The position numbers were made by a program, and so were the translations under genes. Below, in pieces: positions 1 through 12,500 of a DNA stretch of 64,000 nt. The notes beneath the pieces are model-generated. The model did no database searches. It was not told the origin of the DNA and worked only from the letters and a program-made list of their open reading frames with translations. The stretch lies in contig MU054212.1 in assembly GCA_013239625.1 (NCBI GenBank), positions 8,703,084-8,767,083 of the forward strand. The letters are read 5' to 3'. Numbering within the stretch: position 1 is the stretch's first letter; each line of letters opens with the position of its first letter. Source of the DNA: Lama guanicoe (lineage: Eukaryota).

Positions 1-1427
1 GATAAAGTTAAGAATCAGCCTGAATATAACTCAAAGATTTGTAGTAGTACATTTAAATTGTCAAAATATATACATAATTCTTCTCTAATTATGACTGTTT
101 CATCAAGAGTATAGCTTATTTTTTGTTTCTTGCAATTACCTGAAACCAAACAGCAGGGGCTCTCAATTGTTCACATCTTACTGTTGAGCACAATTATTTT
201 ATCAGTTAATGGTACTTTTCTTCAAACAGCAGTGTGTATTAAGTACCCCATGGAGGGTTATGTCTTCAGTCACCCTCTTCCATGTCAGAGTATGTTTTTA
301 AGTTTATGCTCAACAAAGGTAAGTACATCTTATGTTCATTCATCAAACATTTTTTGAGGCTGTATCTTATGCAAAACAGTGCAGTGTATTGGGGCTATAA
401 AATGGAATAAAACAACTAAAATCAAATTATTTATGGTTTTTCCAATACACTTTATCTGCATGTTCTTTTTAACATTTGTCAAGTGTTTGAGTGCCTGCTT
501 ACTACCAGGCACTGTGCTGGGCACACTGAACACTAAAACAGATTATGTGTGACCCAAGACTACAACTGGTAATAACTTAGATTGGAACTGCCATGTTTAG
601 GAGTTCACCAGCACTGGATGGGTAAGTGCATTTTGCTCTGTCATAAAATTGACTGTTTATATAAAGCATGGAGCAACTTACACAGACCTCTGTAAATAAG
701 ACCTTCCATTTGCATTTTTACCTGCTCATGATCTTCAGAGTACTTAGCTAAACTAGTTTGTATTAATTTTGTTGAGGCTTGGGCTGAGTCCTGGGCACTG
801 AGTGAGATATGTAGAAGAAAGGCATTCAGCTGTAAAAATGGACCATGTCTTGAAAAATGAATCCTGAAAAAAGGAGTCAACCTGTATAGCTAAGGAGGTG
901 AAGAAGTGTGAGAATGTGAGAATTCATTTGATTGGTTTTATAAATTACTTCAGACCTATTTTTACAGAATCACTAATCAGTTGTCTGAAGGAGTCAATTA
1001 AATTTTCAATGATACTTAGCCATGTTTTATTGGGAAAAGGCTTGGAGTTTGTCTACAAAAAAATATTAAATGTCTACTGCTATTACAAAGAGCATCCTTC
1101 CAAAATGGAGGAGGCTCATTCTCAGCCTCCTTCATTCCCTTTGAACAGAGTTTTACATTGAGAGAGTAGAGCTTTATCATCTTTACAAAGATGTTTTAAA
1201 TTATATACGGATGTTTAGCCATTAACTTTTTATTGAAGATTTTCTTTTAAATTTGTGTCTTTGTCTGATTCCTGTTGCAAGATTACAAGCTCCCCAAGGG
1301 CAGCCTTTGTTACTCAACCTTGTGACACCTGATGTAGTCCCTTATGTATAAGAATTTAATGAACATGCAGTGTATTTGAATGAATTATAAGATAAATCAG
1401 ACCTAATATTTCTTCTTTTAATGGCAG

Positions 1428-1627
1428 TTGGTTACTTGTAAAACATGCAACAGAACAGTTAAACATCATGGTAAAAGTAGAAGCTTTTTATCAGCATTGA
1501 AGAGCAATCCTACCACTCCAACGAGTAAACTCGGCCTGAACACCCCGGAGAGGATGACTCTAAGTTCTGCAAACCTGAAACATGATAGGTCTGGTTCCAA
1601 AGGGAAGAGCCCAGCGCTGACTTTCAG
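1428..1627 (+). CDS. C18orf21: C18orf21/RMP24 penultimate coding exon (LVTCKTCNRTVKHHGKSRSF...SPALTFR)
   Basis: Acceptor tttcttcttttaatggcag ends at 1427; donor AG|gtatct at 1627/1628; 200 nt. The translation matches my recollection of C18orf21 and includes the CxxC zinc-ribbon half-motif. Confidence 0.93.
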
Positions 1628-2576
1628 GTATCTTAATTCATTAAGCTGTTTAAATTGCTAGAGTTAACTCTTCTGAGTTCTTCTAAGTTCTCTGTTTAAT
1701 ATACACTCCCTGACTTTGCCACCCAGCTCAGGGAGTTCTTCGGCGTGCTTTTCTGCTTCCAGCTTCTCCCTGGGCCTGTTCCCAGCTGCCTGTGCAAAAT
1801 ATCTACTCCCCCGTCCCCACATGTCCCCACAGTTAACTGCTCAAAATGCCCCATCCTCTTATGTTGCTTGTTTTGTAAGTGAACATGTCCTTCTAGACAT
1901 TCTGACCTGAGACGGTGAGTGCAGCTCACAGTTCCTGCTACCTTGGTCCTTGTCCAGTTAGTCGCCGGCTTCTGTGCATCCTACTTCCTTGGTGTCTGCA
2001 TGTGAGCTCTCCTTCCTCCCTGCTGCTGCTGTCTGTTCAGGTCTCCATTCATTGGCCAGGACTACTACAATTATTTCCTGAGTTTTCCTGCTTCTAGTTT
2101 CAAGCCCTTCTAGTCTGATATTTTTTAAAAGCACAGTTGTGGTTAGAAGCCTTTTAGCACTTCACTCTGTAGCATACGGAACAGGTGCTCTGGGGTGGGT
2201 TTCGAGCCCTCACTACCTGGTGCCAGTCTGCCTGCCTGTCTTACTTGCCTTCATTCCTCCTCTGTGTCAGCAAAGCTGAACCACTCAGGTTACTTTCCTG
2301 CTCCAAACCTTTGTTCTTGCTATTTCCTTGATCGGAAATTCCTGTGGAAATTAACTGAATAGGGATTTCTCAAATGATACGAAGTTAACTGTGTGACTGG
2401 GCACGTGTTTTATTTTTAGTAATCTTCAATACTTTATCCACTATGCTAATCAGTACATTTAACTCCATAGAAACAGAAAGGAATTTGTGAACATTTTCTT
2501 AGAAAAGATTCTGGTAGTTTCTTGAACATAAATAACAAAATTCAGCAAGGTCTAGATTATTTCTGCTTACTGAATT

Positions 2577-2731
2577 GAGGGTTTTTTCTTTTTTTTTTAA
2601 AGCTTTTTGGGGGGGGTAAATTGGGTTTATTTATTTATTTATAGTATATTTTTTAATGGAGGCAATGAGGATTGAATCCAGGACCTTGTGCATGCTACGC
2701 CCGTGCTCTATCACTGAGCTATACCCTCCCC
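2577..2731 (-). mobile_element. tRNA-derived SINE, camelid vic-1-like
   Basis: Minus strand reads GGGGAGGGTATAGCTCAGTGATAGAGCAC...GGATTCAATCC (A and B boxes) followed by an (AATA)n/A tail; ACTGAATT TSD at 2569-2576 and 2732-2739. Confidence 0.85.
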
Positions 2732-3223
2732 ACTGAATTTTTCTTTTATTGGGCTTGATGTCTAAAATTCCAAGTCCAGTTTCCTGTAAATTCTTGATTT
2801 AGTTATCTTGATGTTTGGTATGATAGGAATTCAGCATAGAAGTTTTCACTTTCTTGGACACATGCAGATAAAAGGAAACTTGGCATATTTAAAATAACTC
2901 ACTTGCTTTTAGACCAGACTGCTTCTTAGATACATGCAGGAATGAGAAGGATATTTCACATTTATTACACAGATGGGGAGTCAGAAGAGGGATGAGACTG
3001 ACAAACCCTGAAGATTGTTTGGGGGGATGGAACACAGCTGGCGGGAATGAAGTAGAACAGGGCATAAATACACACGTACCAGATGGGGAGCCATTTACTC
3101 AGTGGGTATTTTTAGGGCCTGCTCTCTGCCTGGCACTGCTCAGAAGCACTGGGCTAAGCAGGAATAAGACTTTTAAACTGTCATTTGTCAGTATACTAAG
3201 CGTGGCTTTATGTTTCTTTTCAG

Positions 3224-3377
3224 AACACCTACATCCGGACAGTCAACACCTATTTGCTCCTCAAAGAGTTTGAGCAAAAGAAAGAAACACTTCTCTCAAC
3301 TAAAAATGTTGCTTAGCCAGAGTGAATCCCAGAAGAATCCAAAGGTGGACTTCAGAAGTTTCTTATCTTCTTTGTAA
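3224..3377 (+). CDS. C18orf21: C18orf21/RMP24 last coding exon (RTPTSGQSTPICSSKSLSKRKKHFSQLKMLLSQSESQKNPKVDFRSFLSSL*)
   Basis: Acceptor tgtttcttttcag ends at 3223. Phase matches the previous exon (AG+A=Arg). TAA at 3375-3377. Recognisable KHFSQLKMLLSQ and VDFRxFLSSL motifs. Confidence 0.93.
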
Positions 3378-4146
3378 AGGATGGACTAGAAGAAAGAAGT
3401 GTTTAATGCAATTTATGAAACTAAAGTTAGAAAAACTGTTTTTTAAAAAAAATCTATTTAGTCTTAAAATACATGAAAACCAGGGTCCAGGAACGAATTT
3501 TTCTTGGCATTTGCTTCAGTGTTTATGGAGAAAAGCCCTCATTAGAATGAAAAACCGAAACCCGCACACGTCGCAAGGTGGCTGTGAGAATCAGACATGT
3601 CTGAAAGGTCCTGGTAGGCAGTAAGGATATACACGGACACTCAGTGGCTATGTTACTGTCTTCTCCTTCCTTAATTAACAGTTTTCATTATTTACGTCAT
3701 TTTCTTTCATAAGGAAATTGAGATCTTTACGAGAGGGTCTACTCACTCCTTTCTCGGTGTCCATAGCCTTATTGCTAATTCAGAAAAAGTTTAAAGTACG
3801 TGTGTCTTCGTTTGCCACATTCATCCGCATAACTGAATATTAGTAAAAATTTAAACATTATTCCTACTTTCTGTGCAAAAGTAAATACAGGGGACATTCT
3901 TGATTGTAGATGATTCAGTCAGATATCAAAATTTTCATTTTTACAACTCTCTTTTGTTCCTCATAATGTTTCACTGTAAATGGTATTTCATTTGCTCTGG
4001 TGAAAACTTATTTTTTTTAGGTCTAAAATTTACATCAAATACCATAGTAACAGTTTAGCTATCCTAAATCTTTCCTGGAACATAGATGTGCTTTTTTTAA
4101 ATGATAGGCTAGGATTCTGTTCAACCTGTCTTTTAAAAACTCTTTA

Positions 4147-4152
4147 AATAAA
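4147..4152 (+). terminator. Candidate poly(A) signal for C18orf21
   Basis: First AATAAA I see downstream of the stop codon on the + strand; usage unverified. Confidence 0.35.
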
Positions 4153-4231
4153 TAATTTAGACAATTTAAACTATAATCTGGTTCCAAGACTCTTTGCTGC
4201 TTTAAAGTTTAAAACTTAAAATTTTCTTAAG

Positions 4232-4948
4232 AAATACAATGGAGAAAGGATAGTCTCTTCAGTAAATGGTGTTGGAAACTGGACAGCCACATGCAGAAAA
4301 ATGAACTACCACTATCTCACACAATACACAGAAATTAACTGAAAATGGATTAGACTTGAATGTTAAGACTTGAAGCCATAAAACTCCTAGAAGAAAACAT
4401 AGGCAGTGTGTTTGTTGATATCAGTCTTACCAGTATCTTTCTAGATATGTCTCCTCAAGCAAGGGAAACAAAAGCAAAAATAAACAAATGAAGTTACATC
4501 AAACTAAGAAGCTTCTGCACAGCAAAGGAAACCATCAGTAAAATGAAAAGACAGCCTACTGAATGGGAGAAATGTGCAAGTGATAACATCTGGTAAGGGC
4601 TTAATATATAAACAGTTCATACAGCTCAACAACAACAAAACAAATAACCTGGTTACAAAATGGGCAGAGGAGCTGAATAGATACTTTTCCAAAGAAGACA
4701 TACAGATGGTCAACAGACACATGAAAAGATGTTCACCATCACTAATTATTAGGGAAATGCAAATCAAAACCACAATGAGATTTCACCTCACACCTGTCAG
4801 AACAGTTTTTATCAAAAAAGGCAAGAAATAAAATGTTGGCAAAAATCTGGAGAAAATGGAACCCTTATACACTTGATATGAATGTAAATTGTTGTAGCCA
4901 CTGTGGAAGACAGTATAAAGATTTCCCAAAAAATTAAGAATAGCACTT
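4232..4948 (+). mobile_element. L1 ORF2 3' fragment, truncated at both ends
   Basis: Encodes the L1 ORF2 C-terminal peptide [48 protein letters not shown] (ORF 4574-4831); upstream segment ctcttcagtaaatggtgttgg. Confidence 0.92.
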
Positions 4949-7269
4949 GTCATCCCTGCTCTAAAGGAAATGTGGCATGGGATTAGACAAACTGAATACT
5001 TGTAGAGTTCTTTGACAAAACTACTTTCCCAGATCAGAAGAACTGAAGATGATACAATTTTGAGTTTATAACTAAATTTTTTTGGCTCTTGTTGATTGCT
5101 TCAGATGATATGTCTTTCTAGAAAGTAAGATGGTTTAATTTTTTTTAATCTGAAGACCTCCACAATTACTGACAGTTTTATCCTTTAGAAAAAGTACATT
5201 GTGCAGAAGCATTCTTAGAAGACACAGAATATAAATTACAATTTTACTAAGTAGCATACAATGAAACAAGTCTATACATCCTTAATACTGTACTTTAACA
5301 AATGAGATTTCTAGTACACTACCAAGAAATTATAAAGTGCCTACAGAGTGCTACCCTATCTATGTAAGACAATTAAGAAAAGAAACCAAATCATTGTTCT
5401 AAAACAAATATAAAAGAGGAATATTTTAATTTAATATTTAATATTTAAATGACACTTAATACTAGATCTAACTTTTTATAATAAAAACAGCTATTCAGAA
5501 TTTCTAAAATGATAGCCAACAAGCACTTAGGAAATCTCTTCATTGTGTCTAACCTCATCAAAGTATTTAATAAAGTAATTACTAAGCTGCCAAATATATA
5601 TCTAATGAATATTTAATTTTATATATGACTATGATTAACATCTAAAAATAGAATTGCATACCTATTCCTCTGGGTTATTTGAATTGCTGATTGTTACATT
5701 GTATAACTGCATCTAAAAACTAATTTAAATAATACAGAGCTTTAAAAAACATTGAATACACTTCCTCTATGTTAAAAAAAAATTGGTTTTCTGTTTAAAT
5801 ATTTCTAAGTCATGTTCTGAAAAAAAAACTCGCCTTAAAAAAAAAAGACAACTCTAAGCCATGTCGCAAAAACTGCTGGTTAAGAAAAAAATTGTATTTT
5901 AACCAATCAATAAGCCCCATCATTAGCAGTTAGCTTCTTACCGGTTCCTGGTGGGGAAGTTTACACCCAACCAAAAAAAGAGCTTTATGCTATTGATGTA
6001 AAACCCTATCATAATTGTAATTGCTCTGTCCATCAATGGACATAAAAGCAAGGAAGGAAAGATAAAGGAACTGGAAGGAAGTTAGTCTTTCTTCCTCATG
6101 CTAGGCAAGACAAGGCGAGACTAGCAACTCCAACAGGGAGAATACTACACACTGATGACTAAGCCAGGGTATCCAGAGCTGTCGGCTACAGACATAGGAA
6201 CTGGACGGGAAGCTGGCGTGAAGTCCTGCAGAGCTCAAATACCAGCTCAAAAAGATGAATGAAAATAGAATTTCCCTCAGCTAAGCACACTCCAGCTGCA
6301 GTCTAACAGCTCAAATCATAAAACCACAGTCCAAACCACAAAGACCTTATGGCAGTTATAACTAAATTACACAAAGACTTTAAGAATCAAGTAGCATTGT
6401 AAACGTTCTGTTAATAACTTGATCCCATAACGGTCCTACATGACTTTATAACTTATATATCAAGAGCTGGAAAAAGGAGACAACAAATATTAATGTAGTA
6501 TTTTGAAAAAGCCGTAGATTAATACATGATTTAAACTTCTTAATACCTCTCATTTAACTTGTATTTCCATAAGTAAACACAAGTGTTATTTTAGAAAGTA
6601 AATATTTCTTTGTAAATTTGAAATACGACTTTCAATACCAATACAATAGCAATACCAACACAACTGAATTTTTCTAGAAAACATCTGAACAATAGCTCTG
6701 CCTAAAAATTTCACTTAAATTAATTCAAAATTTCAGTTTCATACCTTTCCCATGGTGCATAGAATTCAAATGTGAAATGCATTATTCCAAAATTCATTTT
6801 AGTTATTCCATTTCAGTCAGTGATCCATTTCTAAAAAGGGCAGTAAAACATAGTTTTCATCTTGGATAGCATCCAACAAGTTGGAAATAACATCACAGGG
6901 ATTTCAGCAATTAAAATGGCTAAACCTGTGGTGGCATAATCATACCAAAGGCTAATCAGGCTTCAAAAAGTCAGATGACGGTCAGGACCCAGACTGCATT
7001 ACTGCTTCTCCTTCACTCTGTCATCCTCGGAAGAATTACAAGAGATGCACTAGACAGACAAATTAAATACGAAAGTCGGGGGGATTTGCCAGGGGGGAGA
7101 AAGCGGGGCTCCTAAGGGTAGAAACACAGCAGATGAAAACCATTTCTTGGCTTGTCAGAAAAGCACACTTTTTTACAACTGCTTTGTTGGACCAAGTCCT
7201 TTTATTCACTGTAAAGGTATTTACCATATTTGAGACAAAAGTGTTGAGGTAAAGTGTTGGATGCCTAGC

Positions 7270-7460
7270 ACAGTGGTACACAAAGCTAAACTGGAACTGG
7301 AGTGCATGTCAGAATTACCTAGAAGTCTCGTTAAAAAGATAGATTGCTGGTCCCCAACCTCAGGTTTTCTAGTTCAGTAGTCTGGAGTCCGAGACTTTGG
7401 CCCTTCTAAGAAGTTCCCAGCTGAGGCCAATACTGAGCGCCTATGGAACCACTGGCTTGG
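7270..7460. mobile_element. MER5A-like hAT-Charlie MITE
   Basis: cagaattacctagaag...gattgctggtcccc...tctaagaagttcccagctga...ggaaccactg pattern. Confidence 0.6.
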
Positions 7461-7724
7461 AAGAAATACATTAGTTTAAAAATAAAAGCAAGCTTTGGTC
7501 AATTCTAAAAATTGTTACTGTATTCCATTCCCACTAGAATGTAAACTATTTGAGAGCAGACATGCAGTTGAATAATCTCTGTATGTCTCAAAAGATTTAA
7601 CACCATGCCTTAAGCACAGTAGGTTTCATTAAAATGTTGTCTAAACTATCCCTATTAATAGTTCATTCTCATTTTACCTTGTTTATATGAATACAAACAA
7701 TCGCTTTGAAAAAGGCAATTGGAA

Positions 7725-8220
7725 ATCAAAACAGGGACTTGCACAGATTTTTGTACACCCATGTTCACAGCAGTATTATTCACAATAATCAAAAGGTGGA
7801 AGTAGTCAATGGTCCGTCAACATATGAATGGATAAACAAAATGTATACATCCATATAGTGGAATATTACTCAGCCTCAAAAAGAAATTCTGACACATGCT
7901 ACCACATGAAGCAACCTAGAGCAGATTATGCTAAGTGGAATAAACCAAGCACGAAAGAACAAATATTTTATAATTTCATTTAGGAGGCACCTAGGAAAGT
8001 CAAGTTCATAGAGACAGCGAAACGGTGGTTGCAAGGGGCCGGAGGGATTGGGGGTTACTGTTTAATGGGTAGAGGACTAAATGGGGAAGCTGAAAAAGTT
8101 CTGAAGATAGATGGTGATGGCTGCAGAACCATATTAATCATCAATGTATTTAACCCCAGAGTACACTTAAAAGTGGTGAATTTTATGTTACATATATTTT
8201 ACCTCAATAAAAACAATATA
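7725..8220 (+). mobile_element. L1M (MB-like) 3' end
   Basis: acccatgttcacagcagtattattcacaata, gaatggataaacaaaatgt and attatgctaagtggaataaacc motifs; ends cctcaataaaaa. Confidence 0.85.
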
Positions 8221-8387
8221 AAAGACAACTGGGTATAACATCCCTTGATAAGCCCCCATCCTTCAGCAGTGCTTTTAGCTAAGATGTTACTTTTTAATTT
8301 GAATATTTGCATAATGGTATCATTTCACATGTTACGCAGAACGTGGATTTGGTGATGGTGGAGCTGCTACACAACATACCAGTATGA

Positions 8388-8622
8388 CAGGCAGCATTAT
8401 GCACCAGTTCAGAAGCACAGGCTCAGAGTCCGTCTTTCATCTGGGTCTGAATCCGAGCTTCACCATTTGACTTGTTAAGGGTCACCAAAATTTACGCTGC
8501 GTCTTAGCTTCCCCATAGGTAAAATGGGAAAAATCAGAGCATCTATCGCAAAGCATGTATGAAATTCTTAGAGCAGTCTTGGTCTATGGTAACTACCATA
8601 TAAGTGTGAGCTACCATTATTG
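8388..8622 (+). mobile_element. MIR SINE
   Basis: MIR core-like cttagcttccccataggtaaaatggg and 3' end ttagagcagtcttgg...agctaccattatt. Confidence 0.65.
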
Positions 8623-8654
8623 TATGTCACAGACCATAACTTGCTTTGTAGGGC

Positions 8655-8790
8655 ATTGTTCCTCAAAGTGCAATCAAGAATGACCTGCATCAGAATCATC
8701 TGAGTAATTTGTTTAAAACGCAGATCAGGTCTATCTCAAATGTTCTGAAACAGAATCTCTGGATACAGGGTTCACTGCACTGTATAAAAC
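8655..8790. mobile_element. MER5-like MITE
   Basis: ttcctcaaagtg...ctgcatcagaatcatctgag...tttaaaacgcagat...cagaatctctgg. Confidence 0.55.
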
Positions 8791-9304
8791 CTACCTCTGC
8801 AAGGGGGGATACATGGACTGGGAATGGGAAACACTTGAATTCAGATACAGTGAGCAGAGGCCATCCAGGAACGGAGAACCAGGGGCACTGGCCAGAGGAC
8901 CAGCTCTCCCAGACTTTCTAGATGTTAAGAATCGCAGAGAATTCTGATTCAGAAGGTATGTGCCATCCCAAGTGAGTCTTATCAAAGGAGTCTGACAAAC
9001 ACCGCGCTAGAGATTACCACAGATTTCTAGGATTTCTCAATTCTGCTTTAAATTCAAGATGTGGTGAGAGGACCTGTGCTCCAGGAAGGAGTCCAAGGTA
9101 CCAAGCAAATCTGTTTATTCAAAGGCACTTAGGCACTTCTGTGCAGGAGGTCACAAAGGATGGGGCCTCGTTCTCCACCCATAAGGAACTTGTTACATAA
9201 TGAACTGTAAAACCCATACTTTCTTATCTAATTACTTGGAATTGCCTAACATTACCTGGAATTTTAAATCATGAAGCAAGTCGCAGACTTCAAAGTAGGT
9301 TTAG

Positions 9305-9440
9305 AGCAGTGGTTGTTAGAATGTGGCCCCTATACCCAGTGGCATCAGCATCAAATTGTTAGAAACATAAACTACCAGGCCTTACCCCTGACGCTCTGTT
9401 TAATAAGCCCTCCAGGTGATCCTGCTGTTAGCACCACCGA
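9305..9440. mobile_element. MER5A-like MITE (internally deleted)
   Basis: cagtggttgttagaatgtggcccc...gcatcagcatc...ttgttagaaac...ctgtttaataagccctccaggtgatcctg. Confidence 0.6.
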
Positions 9441-9589
9441 CCAAGCCAATGGAATCCTCCTTCAGCAGTTTCTCCCCGTTAACATCGCTGAGTACTTTCC
9501 AGGACTTTGCTTCTCTCCCAGTCCATTAATCTCTTCCCTCCCCACCCCAAAGCCAATCAAGAAAATTCACAAAAATGATCTACACATCT

Positions 9590-12500
9590 CAAAAAGAACG
9601 TAAAACTTTATTAAGAACATCTTATACTGTCATTAGATACAACCAAAGAGAAAGGGCCAAAGAAATAGGGAAACTTCACCTTCCCATGTGCTATTGCCGC
9701 CTCAGAACAGACTCAGGTGTGGACGGCTGGCATTACAGATGGCAACTAATGGTCTGTATAAATAAGTCAGTAAGTAACACAATGCTCCCTTTCTACACAG
9801 AGAACTGGGTTTGCACTTTAAAAAGCTCTGATATAGTGCAACAACTATTAAACAAGACTACGTCTTAAGAGCTACTTCTTAGTAGAATACAAAGCAGTTT
9901 AGTAACTTTACGTTATTTCATATAATAAAAATCTTTTGAATGGAAAATTCAGAAAGGACATTCTAACTTGCCCAACAAATTTGTTCTTTTGAGTGTTTTC
10001 TTTCTCCAGATTTCTCAGAACGAGTTCAGTAATGATAGTAAGTTGCTCATCTACAGTGAGAAACGACAACCTAGTTTTGTTATTTCAGTCTTGCCAATCA
10101 ACATGACCAGGTCATCCCAGCTCTTGCTGATCGTGAAGGAGTTCTTACAGAAAAGCCCTGATTGAGAGTGCATGTGAGAAGAGGTGCCAGAACAGCTGCA
10201 TCTGGGCTCGTTTTCCTAGGAGGGGGGAGGTCGGCTACTGAGCACAGCTGATTTTCTCAGACTCCCGGGTTCCCCGTGGGGTTCTTTACTTACTGTAGTG
10301 ATGGAAGGAGCAGAGGAAATGCCAGGGAATCTGTCCAAATTGCCACTCCAGACAGCTCTCCTGCACTGTTTGTGGAGAAAAGAGTGATGGTATCCATTCA
10401 AACCAAAGTACCCCTACGGCAAGCTCGGTGACATGCGTTTCTCTTGAGGGGCCAGGCCAAGCTGCACTCAGTAGATGCATGATTTGCCTCATGTACACAG
10501 TGAAGAAAATGCTCATGATTTAGAGCTTGGCATTACAGTACCCCCATCTAACCCCATGTCTGGAAAAACCGTGGTCTACCTTTGAGAAATGAAGACTATT
10601 TACTGCTAAGGCTTATCATGTTGACCATCACAAGGCTGAGAACATAACTTCTAAGTGAGACCACATCATTTGTGTTTACAGTTAGTGAATTAACCAACAG
10701 CTGAAGGCTTGTGGAGGGCTGGTCAGAGGGTGAACCTGGGGGGAGCATTCAGGTTTGAGTACTGTCATTTATTACAAATCGCATCAAGCTCTTTAAAAAA
10801 ATAATGCATTTTTATCATAAATAGGGCAGACACTGACGTTAAAATCAGTATCTAAGTCAGGAGTCTGTTTCAAACGTTGAAAATACTTCCACAAGCTTCT
10901 AATAGGTTTCAAATCTTCCTAGGAGTACATAGTTTATACATTATTTTTAAATTGGAAAAAAATATACTTTGAATGGATAAATCACCACTTTAGCAGATCA
11001 TAAATAAGGTCAAGATGTTGAAAATAAATTAATATACGAGTATTTGTTTTCACTTTAACAACAAAAACTAACTTACGTGGCAGCATACTTTCAGAACAGG
11101 TATAACCAGGTTTTTGTAATTGTGCACTTGTTACACCCTCCACCTCCATGCTGAATCTTCTTCTTACTTACCCTACACCTAGGGACAGAGGTACACAAGA
11201 CAGACAGACACCCCAGTGCGTGAGTCTGGCTGCTATGCACCATTTCCTTAGCAAGGAGTGATGTTACAAATGCTGGTCAGGATCTACGACTAGTAGTTTG
11301 TCACCCACATCACAAGTACATTCATGGTTAAGTGGATTAGGTTCTTGGGTGAGCGTTCTGTAATAGTGTTCACAGAGAAACTAATTACTACTGTTTCTGT
11401 GAAAAAATGTGCCCCAAGTCCCAAAAGCTGAGTAAAAAACTTTGGAATATAAGCCATATACGGGTGGAAACTATTTCTATGTGTCTGTTTTGGAGAGAGG
11501 TAAAACTGCTAAAAGCACTGTACCCAAAACTATTGGCTACTAAAAATAAATATTTGCCTTCTCCTTCACAAACAAATTCAACTATAATCTCTAATACTGA
11601 GAAACATTAGAAGCCATTCAGACTAGTGAGACATAACTGGCTTGAGGGATTTAAAAGATGTTTTATTGACTGTCTAATTTGAATCTTCTTACAACGAAAA
11701 GAAAAATGCCTAATATGTAAAATAATGAATGAAAAAAAATGTTTATCCTAAGTCATCACTGAGTACAAAATCCACAGCTTAACAATGTGATTTAGAGAGA
11801 AAGCAAGAGAGCATGCAACTGCTCTAACACACAGGGTTAGAAATAAAGGTAAAAGCACATGTTTTGGTAATTCTAAATATACAAATATAATATTTACCAG
11901 ACCTACCCTGTAGTGTAGCACTGCTTAATTTCCAAATATACAGTCATTCAAAAACCTTAAGGAATCATTAAAAATGTTCCAGGCTACTTTACTGAACATT
12001 AATGAATATTGTGTTCTTGAGATACTAGAGCTAAAATACTATTGTTTTGAAAGTTAAATGGCTAAGGGAAATAACAAAGTATCATTATTTTACACTCCTT
12101 TTAATCCCACAGGTGGCTTTAGATGAAAGGGATCAATTAATTATGTTAAAAAGAGCCTGATTTGACAAATAGAAATCAGTTCCAGAATCAGAGTTGTTGT
12201 TTTGGAAGAATGTCAAAACTTATAACGTTTCTAAAGCATTTTCATATTAATCTATTCAAATAATTCTAGATAGTTTAATCAAGGAGGGGTCCCTATTTAA
12301 CACTCCTTATATTCTACACTGTGGCAGTTGGAATGGAACCCCTATATGGTGTTACTGTGGAAAAGTTCTCTAGGTTCTGATCTGACTCTCAAAATGACAT
12401 CGATGTTTAGTGTTAAATTACTAACCTCTAGGGAATAAGGAATCAAAGGCATTGAGAGGCACAGAACTGATACTTCGGTTGGGGAGAAGGGTGAAGATTA

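Noticed and set aside
1..1427. Upstream C18orf21 exons; ORFs 130-357, 641-880 and 898-1161
   Set aside because: No similarity to C18orf21 and no convincing splice pairs; intronic sequence with L2-like remnants.
3322..3624. 100-aa ORF overlapping the C18orf21 stop
   Set aside because: Alternative frame starting at GTG and running into the 3'UTR, with no recognisable homology.
4504..4831. ORFs 4574-4831 (+) and 4504-4773 (-) as genes
   Set aside because: L1 ORF2 remnant and its antisense frame. The same applies to the ORFs at 15561-15850, 45490-45979, 55284-55960 and 61358-61951.
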